Below, piece by piece: positions 11,587 through 24,889 of a stretch of 64,000 bases of DNA (position 1 is its first letter; every line of letters starts with the position of its first letter). A program made the position numbers and the translations under genes. Source of the stretch: Octopus sinensis (Eukaryota); contig NC_043024.1 in NCBI RefSeq assembly GCF_006345805.1, forward strand, positions 15,314,001 to 15,378,000, given 5' to 3'. The notes under the pieces were generated by a model, which saw nothing but the letters and a program-made list of their open reading frames with translations, was not told the DNA's origin and did no database searches.

Positions 11587-11995
11587 GAATGGCTGTCTGG
11601 TAAGTAGCTTGCTTACCAACCACATGGTTCTGGGTTCATTCCCACTACGTGGCACCTTGAGCAGGTATCTTCTACTATAGCCTCAGGCCAACCAAGCCTT
11701 GTGAGTTGATTTGTGAAACGGAAACTGAAAGAAGCCCGTTATACATATGTATATGTATATATATATATGTATGTGTGTGTATATGTTTGTGTGTCTGTGT
11801 TTGTCCTCCAACAATGCTTGATAACCAATGGTGGTGTGTTTCCGTCCCCGTCACTTAGCGGTTTGGCAAAAGGGACCGGTAGAATAAGTACTAGGCTTAC
11901 AAAGAATAAGTCCTGGGGTCGATTTGCTCAACTAAAGGTGGTGCTCCAGCATGGCCACAGTCAAATGACTGAAACAAGTAAAAGAGTAAAGAGTA
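11587..11995 (+). mobile_element. CORE-like SINE family A
   Basis: Same head and body as 8634-8945, ending GAAACAAGTAAAAGAGTAAAGAG. Confidence 0.88.
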
Positions 11996-12016
11996 AAATA
12001 TTTTCTTTTACATATA

Positions 12017-12193
12017 TACAAGGTCTGATCAATAAGCATTTGGACTTTTGCCATAGTAATGAAGCTGAAGTACACTGACCAAAAAGTACGCTCAGCAAAA
12101 TTCAAGGCCAGTCTGTGCCAAGTGGCTTTACACTGTGTCGTTTAGGTTCATTAATATAGCAACAGTCCGGATACTTATTGATCAGCCCATGTA
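12017..12193. mobile_element. mariner-type MITE
   Basis: TA-flanked imperfect ~30-bp TIRs TACAAGGTCTGATCAATAAGCATTTGGACT / AGTCCGGATACTTATTGATCAGCCCATGTA. Confidence 0.75.
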
Positions 12194-12866
12194 AGTGCAG
12201 ACGTGGCTTTTTTATTAAGAAATCATGTGGTTTTAGATTGAATCCCACTGTGTAGTGCTTTGGACAAATACCTATTTCTTTACTACCCACAAGGGGCTAA
12301 ACACAGAGGGGACAAACAAGGACAGACAAACGGATTAAGTCGATTATATCGACCCTAGTGTGTAACAGGTACTTATTTAATCGACCACGAAAGGAAGAAA
12401 GGCAAAGTCGACCTCAGCGGAATTTGAACTCAGAACATAATGGCAGACGAAATACGGCTACGCATTTCGCCCGGCGTGCTAACGATTCTGCCAGCTCGCC
12501 ACCTTGGACAAATGCCATCTACTATAACACATCTGATATAGGAAAATAAGGTTGTCACAACTAGAAGTTTCTGATCATGGATCCACTCAACGACAACAAC
12601 GCTCAAAAACAACAACAACGCTCAAACACACTCACACACACACACAAGCGCACACACACACACAAGCGCACACACACACATATATATATTAAATCTGAAA
12701 AGAAAAGGCAAACAGTTTGACAAGACTTGACAAGGACATTTATAATAAAAGGTTTAGATAGTCTGTGACAGCTGTTTCTAGGACATTCCAAATATTGGAA
12801 CATCGTGTTGAGCGAAGATTCCAAATGTTGATATTCCATCATCGGAGAAAGATAAGTTAATCATAG
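12131..12866 (+). repeat. ~740-bp local direct duplication (partner 15096-15816), including a family-B SINE nested in a family-A SINE remnant
   Basis: Near-identical sequences; the nested SINE is flanked by the 13-bp TSD TTGGACAAATACC (perfect at 15224-15236 / 15468-15480). Confidence 0.9.
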
Positions 12867-14180
12867 GTATTTTGATTAGAATCTCTGGTCTATCCACAAC
12901 CGAGGTAATACTCCATAACCATGCCACCTATTACATTCGAACGCTTGCAGCTAGCGGCTTCTTGCAAAAATAATGTTCCTATCTAACACTAGGCTTAAGA
13001 ACTACCCAGCTCCATTACATTCCAAGGCAACATACCCTAAAAGAATGGAGGCAACATCCCTCACAGTTGAGAGGGATACTCAACCCTTTACTAGGAACTG
13101 TAAAATGTGTAAAAGGCAGCATATTCTGCCACCTCTCATACACCCCTATAATACCCGTGTAAAAGTTAACCCTATACATCATCATTATCGCTTAACGTCT
13201 GCTTTCCATGCTGGCATGGGTTGGATGGTTTGACTGAGGACTGGCAAGCCAGATGGCTACACCAGGCTCCAATCTGATCTGGCAGAGTTTCTACAGCTGG
13301 ATGCCCTTCCTAACGCCAACCACTCCGAGAGTGTAGTGGGTGCTTATATGCGTCCCCGGCACGTGGACCAGTCTGGTTGTACTGGCAACAGTCAAGCTCA
13401 AATGGTGTTTTTTACATGTCACCTGCACAGGTGTCAGTCCAGTGGCACTGGCAATGACCTTGCTCGAATGTTTTATTCACTGCCACTGGCACAAGTGCCA
13501 GTAAGGCGACGCTGGTAACAATCATGCTCAAACAGTGCTTTTTATGTGCCACCGGCATGGAAGCCAGACAGCTGCTCTGGCAGTGAACCTGCTCAGATGG
13601 AGCTGTTAGTTCTCCACTGGCACGAGTGCCAGTCATCGATTTGGTTCAATTTCGATTTGAACCAAATTCAATACATAGAACAGAATTCTCAGTACCAACT
13701 AGGAAACATGAACCCCGCCAGATTACCTAATAGAAGCTGGGGGAGAACCCTACTTTAGTACTACCCCTTTCTCCTTAAATGTTAAGAGCTTATCCCGGAC
13801 CTTTTTTACTGTCATTGATTCCAACTTCGCTCCTCACCATAAGTACCCCTCTATCTTTTATCGATGTACCCTGAAATTATCCTACCCTTTCCTGCCTAAT
13901 AGCGAATCCACTGTAGACTTCATATTGTCTAATAACAATAACGATGATGATAATAACGATAATATTACTTTCTATTATAGGCACAAGGCCTGAAATTTGG
14001 GGAAGAAGGATAGCTGATTACATCAACCTCAGTAATTAACCAGTACTTAATTGATCGACCACAAAAGGATTAAAGGCAAAGTTGACCTTGGTAGAATTTG
14101 AACTCAGAATGTTGCGGCAGACAAAATACCACTAAGCATTTTGCCCAGCGTGCTAACAATTCTGTCTGCTCACCACCTTA

Positions 14181-14211
<31 letters not shown>

Positions 14212-14244
14212 ATAATAATAATAATAAAAATAATAATAATAATA

Positions 14245-14654
14245 AAAAGGCCAACAGACCAGATATAGTTGTCAGAGATCATGAAGAAAAAAAATGCCTT
14301 CTAATTGATGTATCAATACCGGCAGATGACAACGTGTCTCTAATAGAAATGGAGAAACTCTCAAAATACAAAGACCTGGAAATAGAGGTAACTAGAATGT
14401 GGAATCTGAAAACAGAAACATTCCTATCATAGTAGGTGCATTAGGCATGATAAAAAAATATTCAGACAAATACATAACAAAAACACCAGTACTAACAAAT
14501 ATATATAACATACAGAAAATTGCACTACTAGGCACTGCACACATCCTACGCAGAACACTTTCCATACAATAACCATCAGAGCATCACAACAATCCACAGC
14601 ACATACCCAAGGCACACAGAGCTGCGCTTGGTAGTGAAGTGAAAAATAAAACTA

Positions 14655-14656
<2 letters not shown>
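14245..14656 (+). mobile_element. R4/Dong-type (RLE) non-LTR retrotransposon 3' fragment
   Basis: NRPDIVVRD...CLLIDVSIP.D.N......EKLSKYKDL is a PD-(D/E)xK restriction-like endonuclease; flanked by (AAT)n. Confidence 0.85.
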
Positions 14657-15069
<413 letters not shown>

Positions 15070-15816
15070 CAGATGGTATATGATCAAAGCTATCAACTGT
15101 GTGGTTTAGGTTCATTAATATAGCAACAGTCCGGATACTTATTGATCAGCCTATGTAAGTGCAGACGTGGCTTTTTCATTAAGAAATCATGTGGTTTTAG
15201 ATTGAATCCCACTGTGTAGTGCTTTGGACAAATACCTATTTCTTTACTACCCACAAGGGGCTAAACACAGAGGGGACAAACAAAGACAGACAAAGGGATT
15301 AAGACAATTATATCGACCCCAGTGCGTAACTGGTACTTATTTAATCGACTCTGAAAGGAAGAAAGGCAAAGTCGACCTCGGCGGAATTTGAACTCAGAAC
15401 GTAATGGCAGACGAAATACGGCTACGCATTTCGCCCGGCATGCTAATGTTTCTGCCAGCTCGCCACCTTGGACAAATACCATCTACTATAACACATCTGA
15501 TATAGGAAAATAAGGTTGTCACAACTAGAAGTTTCTGATCATGGATCCACTCAACGACAACAACGCTCAAAAACAACAACAACGCTCAAACACACTCACA
15601 CAAACACACAAGCGTACACACACACATATATATATATATTAAATCTGAAAAGAAAAGGCAAACAGTTTGACAAGACTTGACAAGGACATTTATAATAAAA
15701 GGTTTTGATAGTCTGTGACAGCTGTTTCTAGGACATCCCAAATATTGGAACATCGTGTTGAGCGAAGATTCCAAATGTTGATATTCCATCATCGGAGAAA
15801 GATAAGTTAATCATAG

Positions 15817-16975
15817 ATATCGAACAGGGGTAATTGCATGTACAGTAGGCGAACTAAACAGCTTAGACAGAAAGACAAGGAAGTTGCTAACTAGATATGG
15901 GTCCCTCCACCCAGACTGTATGTACCAAGAAAAAGAGGGGGAAGAGGACTTATTGGATACGGACACAGCATTAGAGCAGAAGAAAACAACATAGCAATGT
16001 ATGTAAAAAATGCCACAGAACCGCTATTATTAGAAGTAAGAAGGTCAGGCTTGTGTAGGATGAAAGTTTGCAAAGATAAAGCACTATACAAGAAATTGAA
16101 ATCGAATGAAACTGAAAATAGGTGGGTAAAGAAAAGAATGCATGGTCAATTTCATAGGGATGTTGAAGATAAGACAGGCAGAGAAAAAAAATGGCTGTGG
16201 GTGACTAAAAGTGATTTAAAACTAGAAACGGAGGCCCTAATCTGTGCTGCCCAAGAGCAAGCACTAAGAACAAACTAGATAAAATACAGAATAGACAACA
16301 AATCAGAAAATGATAAGTGCAGAATCTGTGGACAAAACGGTGAAACTGTATGGCATATTACCAGCCAATGTATGCCACTAGCCCAGAAGGAATATAAGAG
16401 ATGCCATGACAACATAGCCAAGCTTGTCCATTGGATACTTTGCAACAAGTATTGACTTGACAGAGCAAAAAATTGGTACAACCACAAACCTCAAGGTATT
16501 GTCAAAAATAAAAATGCACAGATCCTATGGGATTTTATGATTCAGTGCAACAATGAGATTGAGAATAGGAAGCCGGACATAGTCTTAATTGAGAAAGAAA
16601 ACAAACTATGCTGGATCATAGATACAGCATGCCCAGCTGACAACCAGGTATGCGATAAGGAAGAAAGAAAAGTCGAGAGATATGACAGGTTAGCTGGGGA
16701 AGTTAAGCAGTTTTGGTTGATGAAAAAGGTAGCAGTAGTACCAATAATTGTTGGAGCCCTGGGAACAGTGAGCAAAAATCTCAAGAAGTATGTGGAACAA
16801 ATAGGGGCTGCAATAAGGGTGGAGCACTTGCAGAAAACAGCACTACTTGGAACCGCCTAAATACTCCGGAAGGTGCTCGAAAAATAAAAGTTGTTACCTT
16901 AGTTCACTGGTAGTGAACTGCTGACACTGTAGTACATCTCCAGAGTTAGAAGCTGTGCAAAGGTAACAATAACAA
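15817..16975 (+). mobile_element. R4/Dong-type RLE LINE 3' fragment (CCHC knuckle + endonuclease)
   Basis: ETEALICAAQEQALRTN, CRICGQNGETVWHITSQC, RKPDIVLIEK...IIDTACP.D...KVERYDRL, VVPIIVGALG. Confidence 0.9.
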
Positions 16976-16977
16976 TA

Positions 16978-17697
16978 ATAAATGCCCTGATGCAGTACCA
17001 GGTAGTGGCTCTCATGGCTCCTGACCTAAAATGACTGGAAGTGTTATCATGTACATGTTTTGTCTTGCTATAAAAAATGAGTTACAGCAAATATTCTGCC
17101 CAATACCACAGGTTTGCGTGACCTTAACCATCTCTGATCATGACCAGAAGTAGTGGGGGAGCACCAAAGCCATGTGCTGAGAGGAATTCTTTGGGGTTTG
17201 GATAATTCACTTCTGGAAACATGAGTGTTTTGTTCAACATCCTAAAACAATCCTTATTCAAGGACATTTTGAGCAAGATAGGCTACTCAACCTGATGAAA
17301 ATTCTGACGGAGCCCCACCTGCAAGGTCATGCCCTGATTATCTTGATATGAAATCACCATGTTGCGTACATATGGTTGTGATGCATGTGCCTGGTGTACC
17401 GTTATCAGACAGGTAGTCATGATGGGTATACAGTCAAGGCCAATCTGGAACCCAACCTAGGCCCCCACATCTACGGTGTTCACCACTGGAATAAGGAGTG
17501 TTTGGAGATCACGCGGTCGTTAGCCTCAAATAGCCAGGTCTGGTCGGCGTTTGTGAGAGATGCAGCATTGAGGATGAATGAAGCCAGCTCAACCCACCCC
17601 GGGTGAATGCTGTAAGAAGAAGAAAGAAGATGGGTATACTGGGCTTCGTATATTTTACCCCAGTGTCACTTTGAGGGCATGCACTGCTCTCTCGCTC

Positions 17698-17700
<3 letters not shown>
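16978..17700. mobile_element. Uncharacterised ~580-bp (AAT)n-flanked element, copy 1, carrying a nested ~200-bp LINE 3' fragment
   Basis: Starts ATAAATGCCCTGATGCAGTACC and ends CTCTCTC(G/A)CTC(AAT)n; nested insert bounded by GATGGGTATAC direct repeats. Other copies at 17743-18500, 35460-35720 and 63330-63757 (reverse). Confidence 0.75.
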
Positions 17701-17742
<42 letters not shown>

Positions 17743-17746
<4 letters not shown>

Positions 17747-18500
17747 GCCCTGATGCAGTACCAGGCAGTGGCTCTCATGGCTTCTGATCTTAATTGATTG
17801 GAAGTGTTATCATGTACATTGTTTTGTCTTGGTATAAAAGATGGGCTACAGCAAATATTCAGCTCAATACCACAGATTTGCTTGTCAGTTGTTTGACCGT
17901 AACCAGTTGAGCATGTCCCTTAGTGGCTGACGATATGTGCATCTCTGATCACGAGCAGAAGTAGTGGGGGAGCATCATAGCCATGTGTTGAGAGGGATTC
18001 TTTGGGGTTTGAATAGTTCACCTCTGGAAACATGGGTGGTTCTTTCAACATCCTTAAACAACCCAGGGACCTTTTGAGCGGGATGGGCTACTCAACCTGA
18101 AGAAAATTCTAACTGGGCCCCACCTGCAAGGTCATGTGCTGTTTATCTTGATATGAGATCACCATGTCGCGCACATATGGTTATGATGCATGTGCCTGGT
18201 ATACCCTTATCAAATGGGTAGTCATGATGAGTATACAGTCAAAGCCAATCTGGAACCCAATCTAGGCCCCCACATCTACGGTGTTTGCTGCTGGAATAAG
18301 GAGTGGTTGGAGATCACCTGGTCGTTAGCCTCAAATCGCCAGGCCTGGTCAGCGTTTGTGACAGATGCAGCATTGAGGATGAATGAAGCCAGCTCAACCC
18401 ACCCAGGGTGAATGCTGTAAGAAGAAGGAAGATGGGTATACTGGGCTTCGTATATTTTACCCCAGTGTCACTTTGAGGGCATGCACTGCTCTCTCACTCA
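17743..18500. mobile_element. Uncharacterised (AAT)n-flanked element, copy 2, with the same nested LINE fragment
   Basis: Tandem to copy 1, about 90% identical; insert translates LGPHIYGV..WNKE.LEIT.SLASN.Q.WSAFV.DAALRMNEASSTHPG* with an (AAG)n tail. Confidence 0.75.
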
Positions 18501-18509
18501 ATAATAATA

Positions 18510-18564
<55 letters not shown>

Positions 18565-19508
18565 TTAACAGCTCAGAAAATCTACTAAAAACAGTTAATA
18601 AAGAACACATGATGAATCCTTTAATAGGAGAGAAGGACAAAGAAAGCATGTCAGGCAGATGGAAGAGAAACATCTGAACGGCCAATTTTGAAGAGGCACT
18701 GAAGATGTATGTGGAACAACATCCTGAGTTTGGTTAAAAAGGAGGCAATGACAAAGTGAAACAGAGAGCCTAATTGGAGTAGCCCAAAATTAAATGATAG
18801 AAACAAAAAACAACTTGAGAAAAAAATATATATGGAGGGAATATGTCAGAAGCATGTAGAGCCTGTAGAACTTGGAATGAGACAGTGGCATACATTGTGA
18901 CAGAATGCTCCAAGTTGGCACAGGAAGAATATAAGAAACGGAGGCATGACCAGGTTGTAAAAGTTATACACTGGAAACTGTGCCAGAAATGGGGATTTGA
19001 AGGTGGAAATACAGAGTACAGTCATTGAGCCAAAAGAGTACTTGAATTGGAGAAATGTACGATTTTGTGGGACATTCCTATTCAAACAGACAAGAAGTTA
19101 GAAAACAACAGACCAGATAAGGAAAAGCAAAGCTGCTTACTTATTGAACCATCATTCCCATTTGATTCCAGGTTCGTAAAAAAGAGGAATTAAAATAAAA
19201 TACAATCCCTTCAAATTTTAAAGAGGAAGAACTTGGAGCATGAAAACAGTAAAGTTGTGCCCGTAATAATTAGTACTTTGAGAACAGGAAGCAAAGATAT
19301 AGACAAATGGCTGAAGGGGGTTGGAATAGGATACCCGGCAGAGCTCCTACAGAAAGTTTGTGTCTTAGGGACAGCAAGGATTATCAGGAGGGTTCTAAAC
19401 ACTTGAAAGACTGTTGAAAACTTGTGGATATCTAAGGTTACAGGTAGTAACCTGCTACCCACATAATTCCTACCAACCAGGAATAAGACTGAACTTGAAC
19501 CAAACCAA

Positions 19509-19510
<2 letters not shown>
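18565..19510 (+). mobile_element. Degenerate R4/Dong-type RLE LINE fragment (duplicate at ~35740-36680)
   Basis: CRACRTWNETVAYIVTECSKLAQEEYKKRRHDQV, WDIPIQTDK...NRPD. Confidence 0.85.
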
Positions 19511-19547
<37 letters not shown>

Positions 19548-19764
19548 CTTTTTCTCTCTTTCTCTTTTACTTGTTTCAGTCATTTGACTGCGGCCATGCT
19601 GGAGTACCGCCTTTAGTCGAGCAAATCGACCCCGGGACTTATTCTTTGTAAGCCCAGTACTTATTCTATCGGTCTCTTTTTGCCGAACCGCTAAGTGACG
19701 GGGACGTAAACACACCAGCATCGGTTGTCAAGCAATGCTAGGGGGGACAAACACAGACACACAA

Positions 19765-19802
<38 letters not shown>

Positions 19803-19972
19803 ATATATACGACAGGCTTCTTTCAGTTTCCGTCTACCAAATCCACTCACAAGGCATTGGTCGGTCCGGGGCTATAGCAGAAGACACTTGCCCAAGATGC
19901 CACGCAGTGGGACTGAACCCGGAACCATGAGGTTGGTTAGCAAGCTACTTACCACACAGCCACTCCTGCGCC
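19548..19972 (-). mobile_element. CORE-like SINE family A inserted in (AAT)n, unit A only
   Basis: Full-length reverse copy; absent at the equivalent site in unit B. Confidence 0.9.
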
Positions 19973-19973
19973 T

Positions 19974-20015
<42 letters not shown>

Positions 20016-20530
20016 GTGGCACAAGATCAAAGCTTGCTAACCAAAAACTACCAGGCTAATGTTCTTCAAAATGGTTCTGACCTCAAATGCAAATTCTGTA
20101 ATAAATTTGATGAAACAATAGACCGTCTTGTCTCGGGAAGTTAAGAAATTTTGATAAGCCTATAATATCATATAATTGATCCTATATATTTCTGTTAAAC
20201 GTTTGAAATTTGCTTTCATTATAACTTTCAGAAACCCTGTCGATCATATAATTATTATCGCAAATATTGATCTGCATCAGTTAAAATGTGACTTGGTTAC
20301 TAACCTGTATGTTCTGAGTTCAAATTACACCAAAGTGAATTACATATTTCATATTTCTGTGTTCAATAAAAATAAAATACCAACTAAGTGTGGATTGATT
20401 TAATCTAGTTCATTCTCTTTAGAAGTCTTGGGTCAATGTTAGAAATCAGTATTATTTTAATAACAATAATAATAATAATATAATAATAATAATAGTAATA
20501 ATAATAATAATAATAGTAATAATAATAATA

Positions 20531-20593
<63 letters not shown>

Positions 20594-20779
20594 GTGGCAC
20601 AAGATTAAAGCTTGCTTACCAAAACCTACCAGGTTAATGTTCTTCAAAACGATTCTGACCCCAAATGCAAATTCTGCCATAAATTTGATGAAACAATAGC
20701 CCATCTTATCTCGGGAGATTATGAAATTTTGATAAGCCTATAAAATCATATAATTGATCCTATATAAATATACATAAAA

Positions 20780-21400
20780 TATACAATTTATGCAAGATCT
20801 GAGCAGAACAACATCACATGACAACCAAATATTGAGAGGATCGTTTTGAATAACACCAAAAACTACAAAGCCACCTGTGATAGCAGCGAACTTAGATGGA
20901 GTAGCCATGGGTTCCCCCTTAGGACTGCTGTTTGCAGCATTCTACCTATACACTTGAGAGAACAGAATAATACCAAAACATAATACACAGTGTATTTAGA
21001 TGATATACAAGCTAAGTACATGATATGCTAATGATAATGGGTACATTAAATGACATTCAGAAATGAAAAGAAAGGTTAGAAACCAACTCAGTATTAAAAT
21101 CTAACTTTCAGAATTTTAGGTTCATTGGAAAACATAGAAATTGAAATGAGAAGATACGTGACAGCTGCAAACACAAGAATCTAACAAATACACATAACTA
21201 CATGGAAAGAGTGAATGTCCAGACAAACTATGTCAGCGGTGATATCAATATTTTTAAGTACATTTAGGTTCTTATCTACAAATAAGGCAAGGGAGAAAGA
21301 AATCCGCAATGTTTATTCCAAGAGAGTTGTAGACAGAGGTAGAGAAGAATAATAACAAATACATCGAAGAATACATCCAATGAATATACACTTTCCCCCT
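20780..21400 (+). mobile_element. Penelope-like RT remnant (duplicate ~38290-38900)
   Basis: GVAMGSPLG.LFA.FY and YLDDI motifs across stops and frameshifts; the 3' part is homologous to 62000-62110 (minus). Confidence 0.72.
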
Positions 21401-21819
21401 CTACAAAAAATCCCAAATTTTATTTAATTTGCTTTGCGGGAAGGATTGTTTCAACGAAGTCACGTCTTGTTCTTGCCTTCGAATGTGGAGTAGTTGAAAC
21501 AGGGACAACTAAAGAAGGGGAATATTCTTTATGTTGTATGTCTCGTTTCTCTGTTTGTTTTTTTCGTTGTTCAAAAAAAGTTCGTTTCTATGTTTTTGTT
21601 TTCATGTTTTCGTTTCTCATTGTCTTCAACGTATTTTTGATGTCCTGTACCCATATATGCATGTATATATACATATATATGTAGGTATGTACATATATGT
21701 ATGTATATATGCATATATTTATATAGTATTAACATTATTATATGATCGAATGCCACGCATCCTTTTCCAAGTTATATATATATATATATGTACGTATGTA
21801 TATATATATTTATATATAC

Positions 21820-21862
<43 letters not shown>

Positions 21863-21878
21863 TATGTATATATATATT

Positions 21879-21923
<45 letters not shown>

Positions 21924-21950
21924 ACGTGTACGTATGTATGTATATATATT

Positions 21951-22000
<50 letters not shown>

Positions 22001-22043
22001 TGTGTGCGCGTGTGTACATATGTATATATATATTTATATATGT

Positions 22044-22074
<31 letters not shown>

Positions 22075-23031
22075 GGTGTATCAGGTGTGCTTTTAGTTTG
22101 TCTGGAGCTACAGTAGATGGTATTTGTCCAAAGCGTTGTGCAATGGGATTGAACCCAAAACCACACGATTGGGAAACAACCTTCTAAATTAAATAGCCAT
22201 GCCAGCACTTATATATGAGTTACTCATCCAGAATCAGTCGTTAGCAATTTGTTATAAGATTTATTTTATATTTTTAACTTCCTGGGTCTGAGATTAGAAG
22301 CAATTCCCATGGCCATTGCATACCTTTCTCAATTGCTGTGTTTCAAATCTAATGGCAAAACGTTATCTGAAATTTCATCCGCCAGATTGAAATTTCATCC
22401 AACCAAAATAGTTTAACTTTCTTCCTCAAACATTTTAAATTTCATTAAACACCAACAGTCAAATCCAACACAATTCCACGTTCCATAAACAACAATATTA
22501 AGAAAACAGACATTTATATTTCTATATTTTAGCCAAGATTCATGCTATGTATGTTCCTCTTGAAGTCACAATGTTTTAGGAAAAGATAGGACCAGGAAGA
22601 GAATTCCAGAGAATCAAAACTCTTACAAGGAAGAATTGTTTGCTTTAAAACTTTTATACGATATCACATGAACAAAGGTATGGTTCACCACATTTCTGAA
22701 ATAACATTGAATATAATTAATTAAATGTATGTACGCAGTTTCTTTATAGAAATCTTCCTGGTTGTGTAAAGAAGAAAAGATATAGGTCAGAAAATAGAAC
22801 ATGAAATCCAATACAAACTAATACTTGTCTTTTCTACATTTTACCATTAGTGTGAAATTTCATTCAATTGATACAGTTTAACTTTCTTCCTTGTACATTT
22901 TTACTTGCATTAAACACCAACAGCTAAATCCATTACAAGTTCACGTTCCATCAACAACAATATTTACAAAACCAACTTTTACATTCACATACTTTAGTCA
23001 GGAACGTTTTGTCTAACTCAGAAATATAAAC

Positions 23032-23154
23032 ATGGCTGTTAAAGTTCCTTGTGTTGTCATTGACAATGGATCGTATACATGTAAAATTGGCCTTGGACGT
23101 GATGTTGAACCGAGAATTTTCATTCCTTCACGTAGCGGTTATTGCAATGATCAG
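23032..23154 (+). CDS. Divergent actin-related gene copy 2, exon 1
   Basis: MAVKVPCVVIDNGSYTCKIGLGRDVEPRIFIPSRSGYCNDQ, 123 nt, CAG|GTATGT donor. Confidence 0.93.
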
Positions 23155-23399
23155 GTATGTTGACTATATTTATATAAATAATTGCAATACACACGATCAT
23201 AATGATCCTTGTCTTTTAATGTCCACTTTTCCATGTTTGCATGGGCCAGGTAGAATTCTTCATGAGGGATATTCTATGCTGATACCTTTTATATCAGGCT
23301 ATCCTTCGCCTTTTTCCAAATATCATACAGCTGATGAACATGAAGACCATTATAACTTGTGAAACTCAATCACGAAGATACCTCTCGCAGTTGTAACTG

Positions 23400-23770
23400 C
23401 CAAGACTCTGAAGCCTATCCATTTGACCAGGCATATAAGTTAACCTCCGTCATATACATGGCAGAAGTTTGAGATAAGCTCCAAGACAAATCCATTGAAA
23501 AAAGAATTACATTGGTTTATGTGAAGGAGAATCCAAGAGACGTTATGCAAACCACCTATTTTCTTTCTGGCACATCAATTAATGTAATGCAACTAAGTTG
23601 GCTAGCCATGTATGGAATTTGAAGAGAAGCTCCACAGCACATACAATTAAGTGGAGAATTGTGGAGAAATCCAAGCCATACATTAATGGACATAAGAAAT
23701 GCAACTTCTCCATAGCAGAAAAGTCTCGTATGCTTTTTAGATCGAGATCTGCCTAATTCCAGATCTGAAA
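23400..23770 (+). mobile_element. Penelope-like GIY-YIG endonuclease remnant (duplicate ~40715-41085)
   Basis: CNCQD...SVIYMAEV...NYIGLCEGESKRRYANHLFSF...KLASHVWNL...IKWRIVEKSKPY. Confidence 0.82.
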
Positions 23771-24041
23771 TTTTTAGTAGGTGTAGAAACACGGACAGGT
23801 TTCTTTTATTGAATTTAAGGGCACCACCAGCTCCATATTGAGTTACTGTCTCACAGACTTTGACATACTTTCTGTTATTTTGTTCTAAACCAGTTGTATT
23901 TAATGAGCTTTCTGAAATTGGGGAGGACGAAGATTTTAGTTTTCTTGACTTTGTTTCTTTTTTGTCTCATTTTTTTACATCACCTTTCTTCTTGTGTTTC
24001 CTTATTTTCTCACTGTCCAGCGTCCTTGATTTTAATATATA

Positions 24042-24072
<31 letters not shown>

Positions 24073-24200
24073 ATGCATAAAGAGAATTTGGAAGATTGCT
24101 TTAAGATACATTGTGCCTTTTATAAATATACCTGTTCATTTATCGTAAAAGCATAGAAGTATCAGTAGCTCTTTCAATTGATACATACATGCATACATAC

Positions 24201-24232
<32 letters not shown>

Positions 24233-24889
24233 CTGTTAAAAGTCAGATTGAATCTTGCTTGATTGAATCAGCCAAACTGGCGCATAATGGGAAAATACTA
24301 TGAATTAAATTTACCCAGAAATGTTAATACGAACGCAATGAAACAATTTTCATGTAAACCGACCAAATGGCTTTTGAGATATTAGAGGTTTTCGGGATAT
24401 AAATACCGAAATCGTTGCATAATGGGAAAATGTTCCGAAAATAATCTTCATCGTGAAATGGAAGAATCTCTTATCTATCTGTTAGACACTGTGAGTTGAT
24501 GACGACAAAATACAATTTTTTTTTACAATAAATATTTCTATTTTGACTTTTGTTAAACGTAATATCTTAATCCTTTAATAGTATTTCTAACTGAATGTGA
24601 TTTCAAAAATGTAAGCATTTGTACTGTTTTAGCTTTCTTTAAACAGAAAATATTTTAATGATTTTAAAAATTATTTTCCGAAATTATAAAAATTTTTTTG
24701 GCTTATAAAAAAGATATTCACAACTGCTTGTGGTGTTTCTCCCTCAGTATAAAAGTGTCTCGTCAGGTGATGTTATAAGAGGTATATATTTAAATAAACT
24801 CTGTTTTGCTCAGTTTTAATACAGCATGTTGTTGGTGACCATGTTGGAATAGCTAGGAATAGCTAGGGACTCATTCCATTGCAATGTTC

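Noticed and set aside
17743-18120. Hammerhead or HDV-like ribozyme in the AAT-flanked element (CTGAAGA; GAAAC..GTTTC)
   Set aside because: Core motifs are in the wrong order and I could not build the required stems by hand; needs a covariance-model search.
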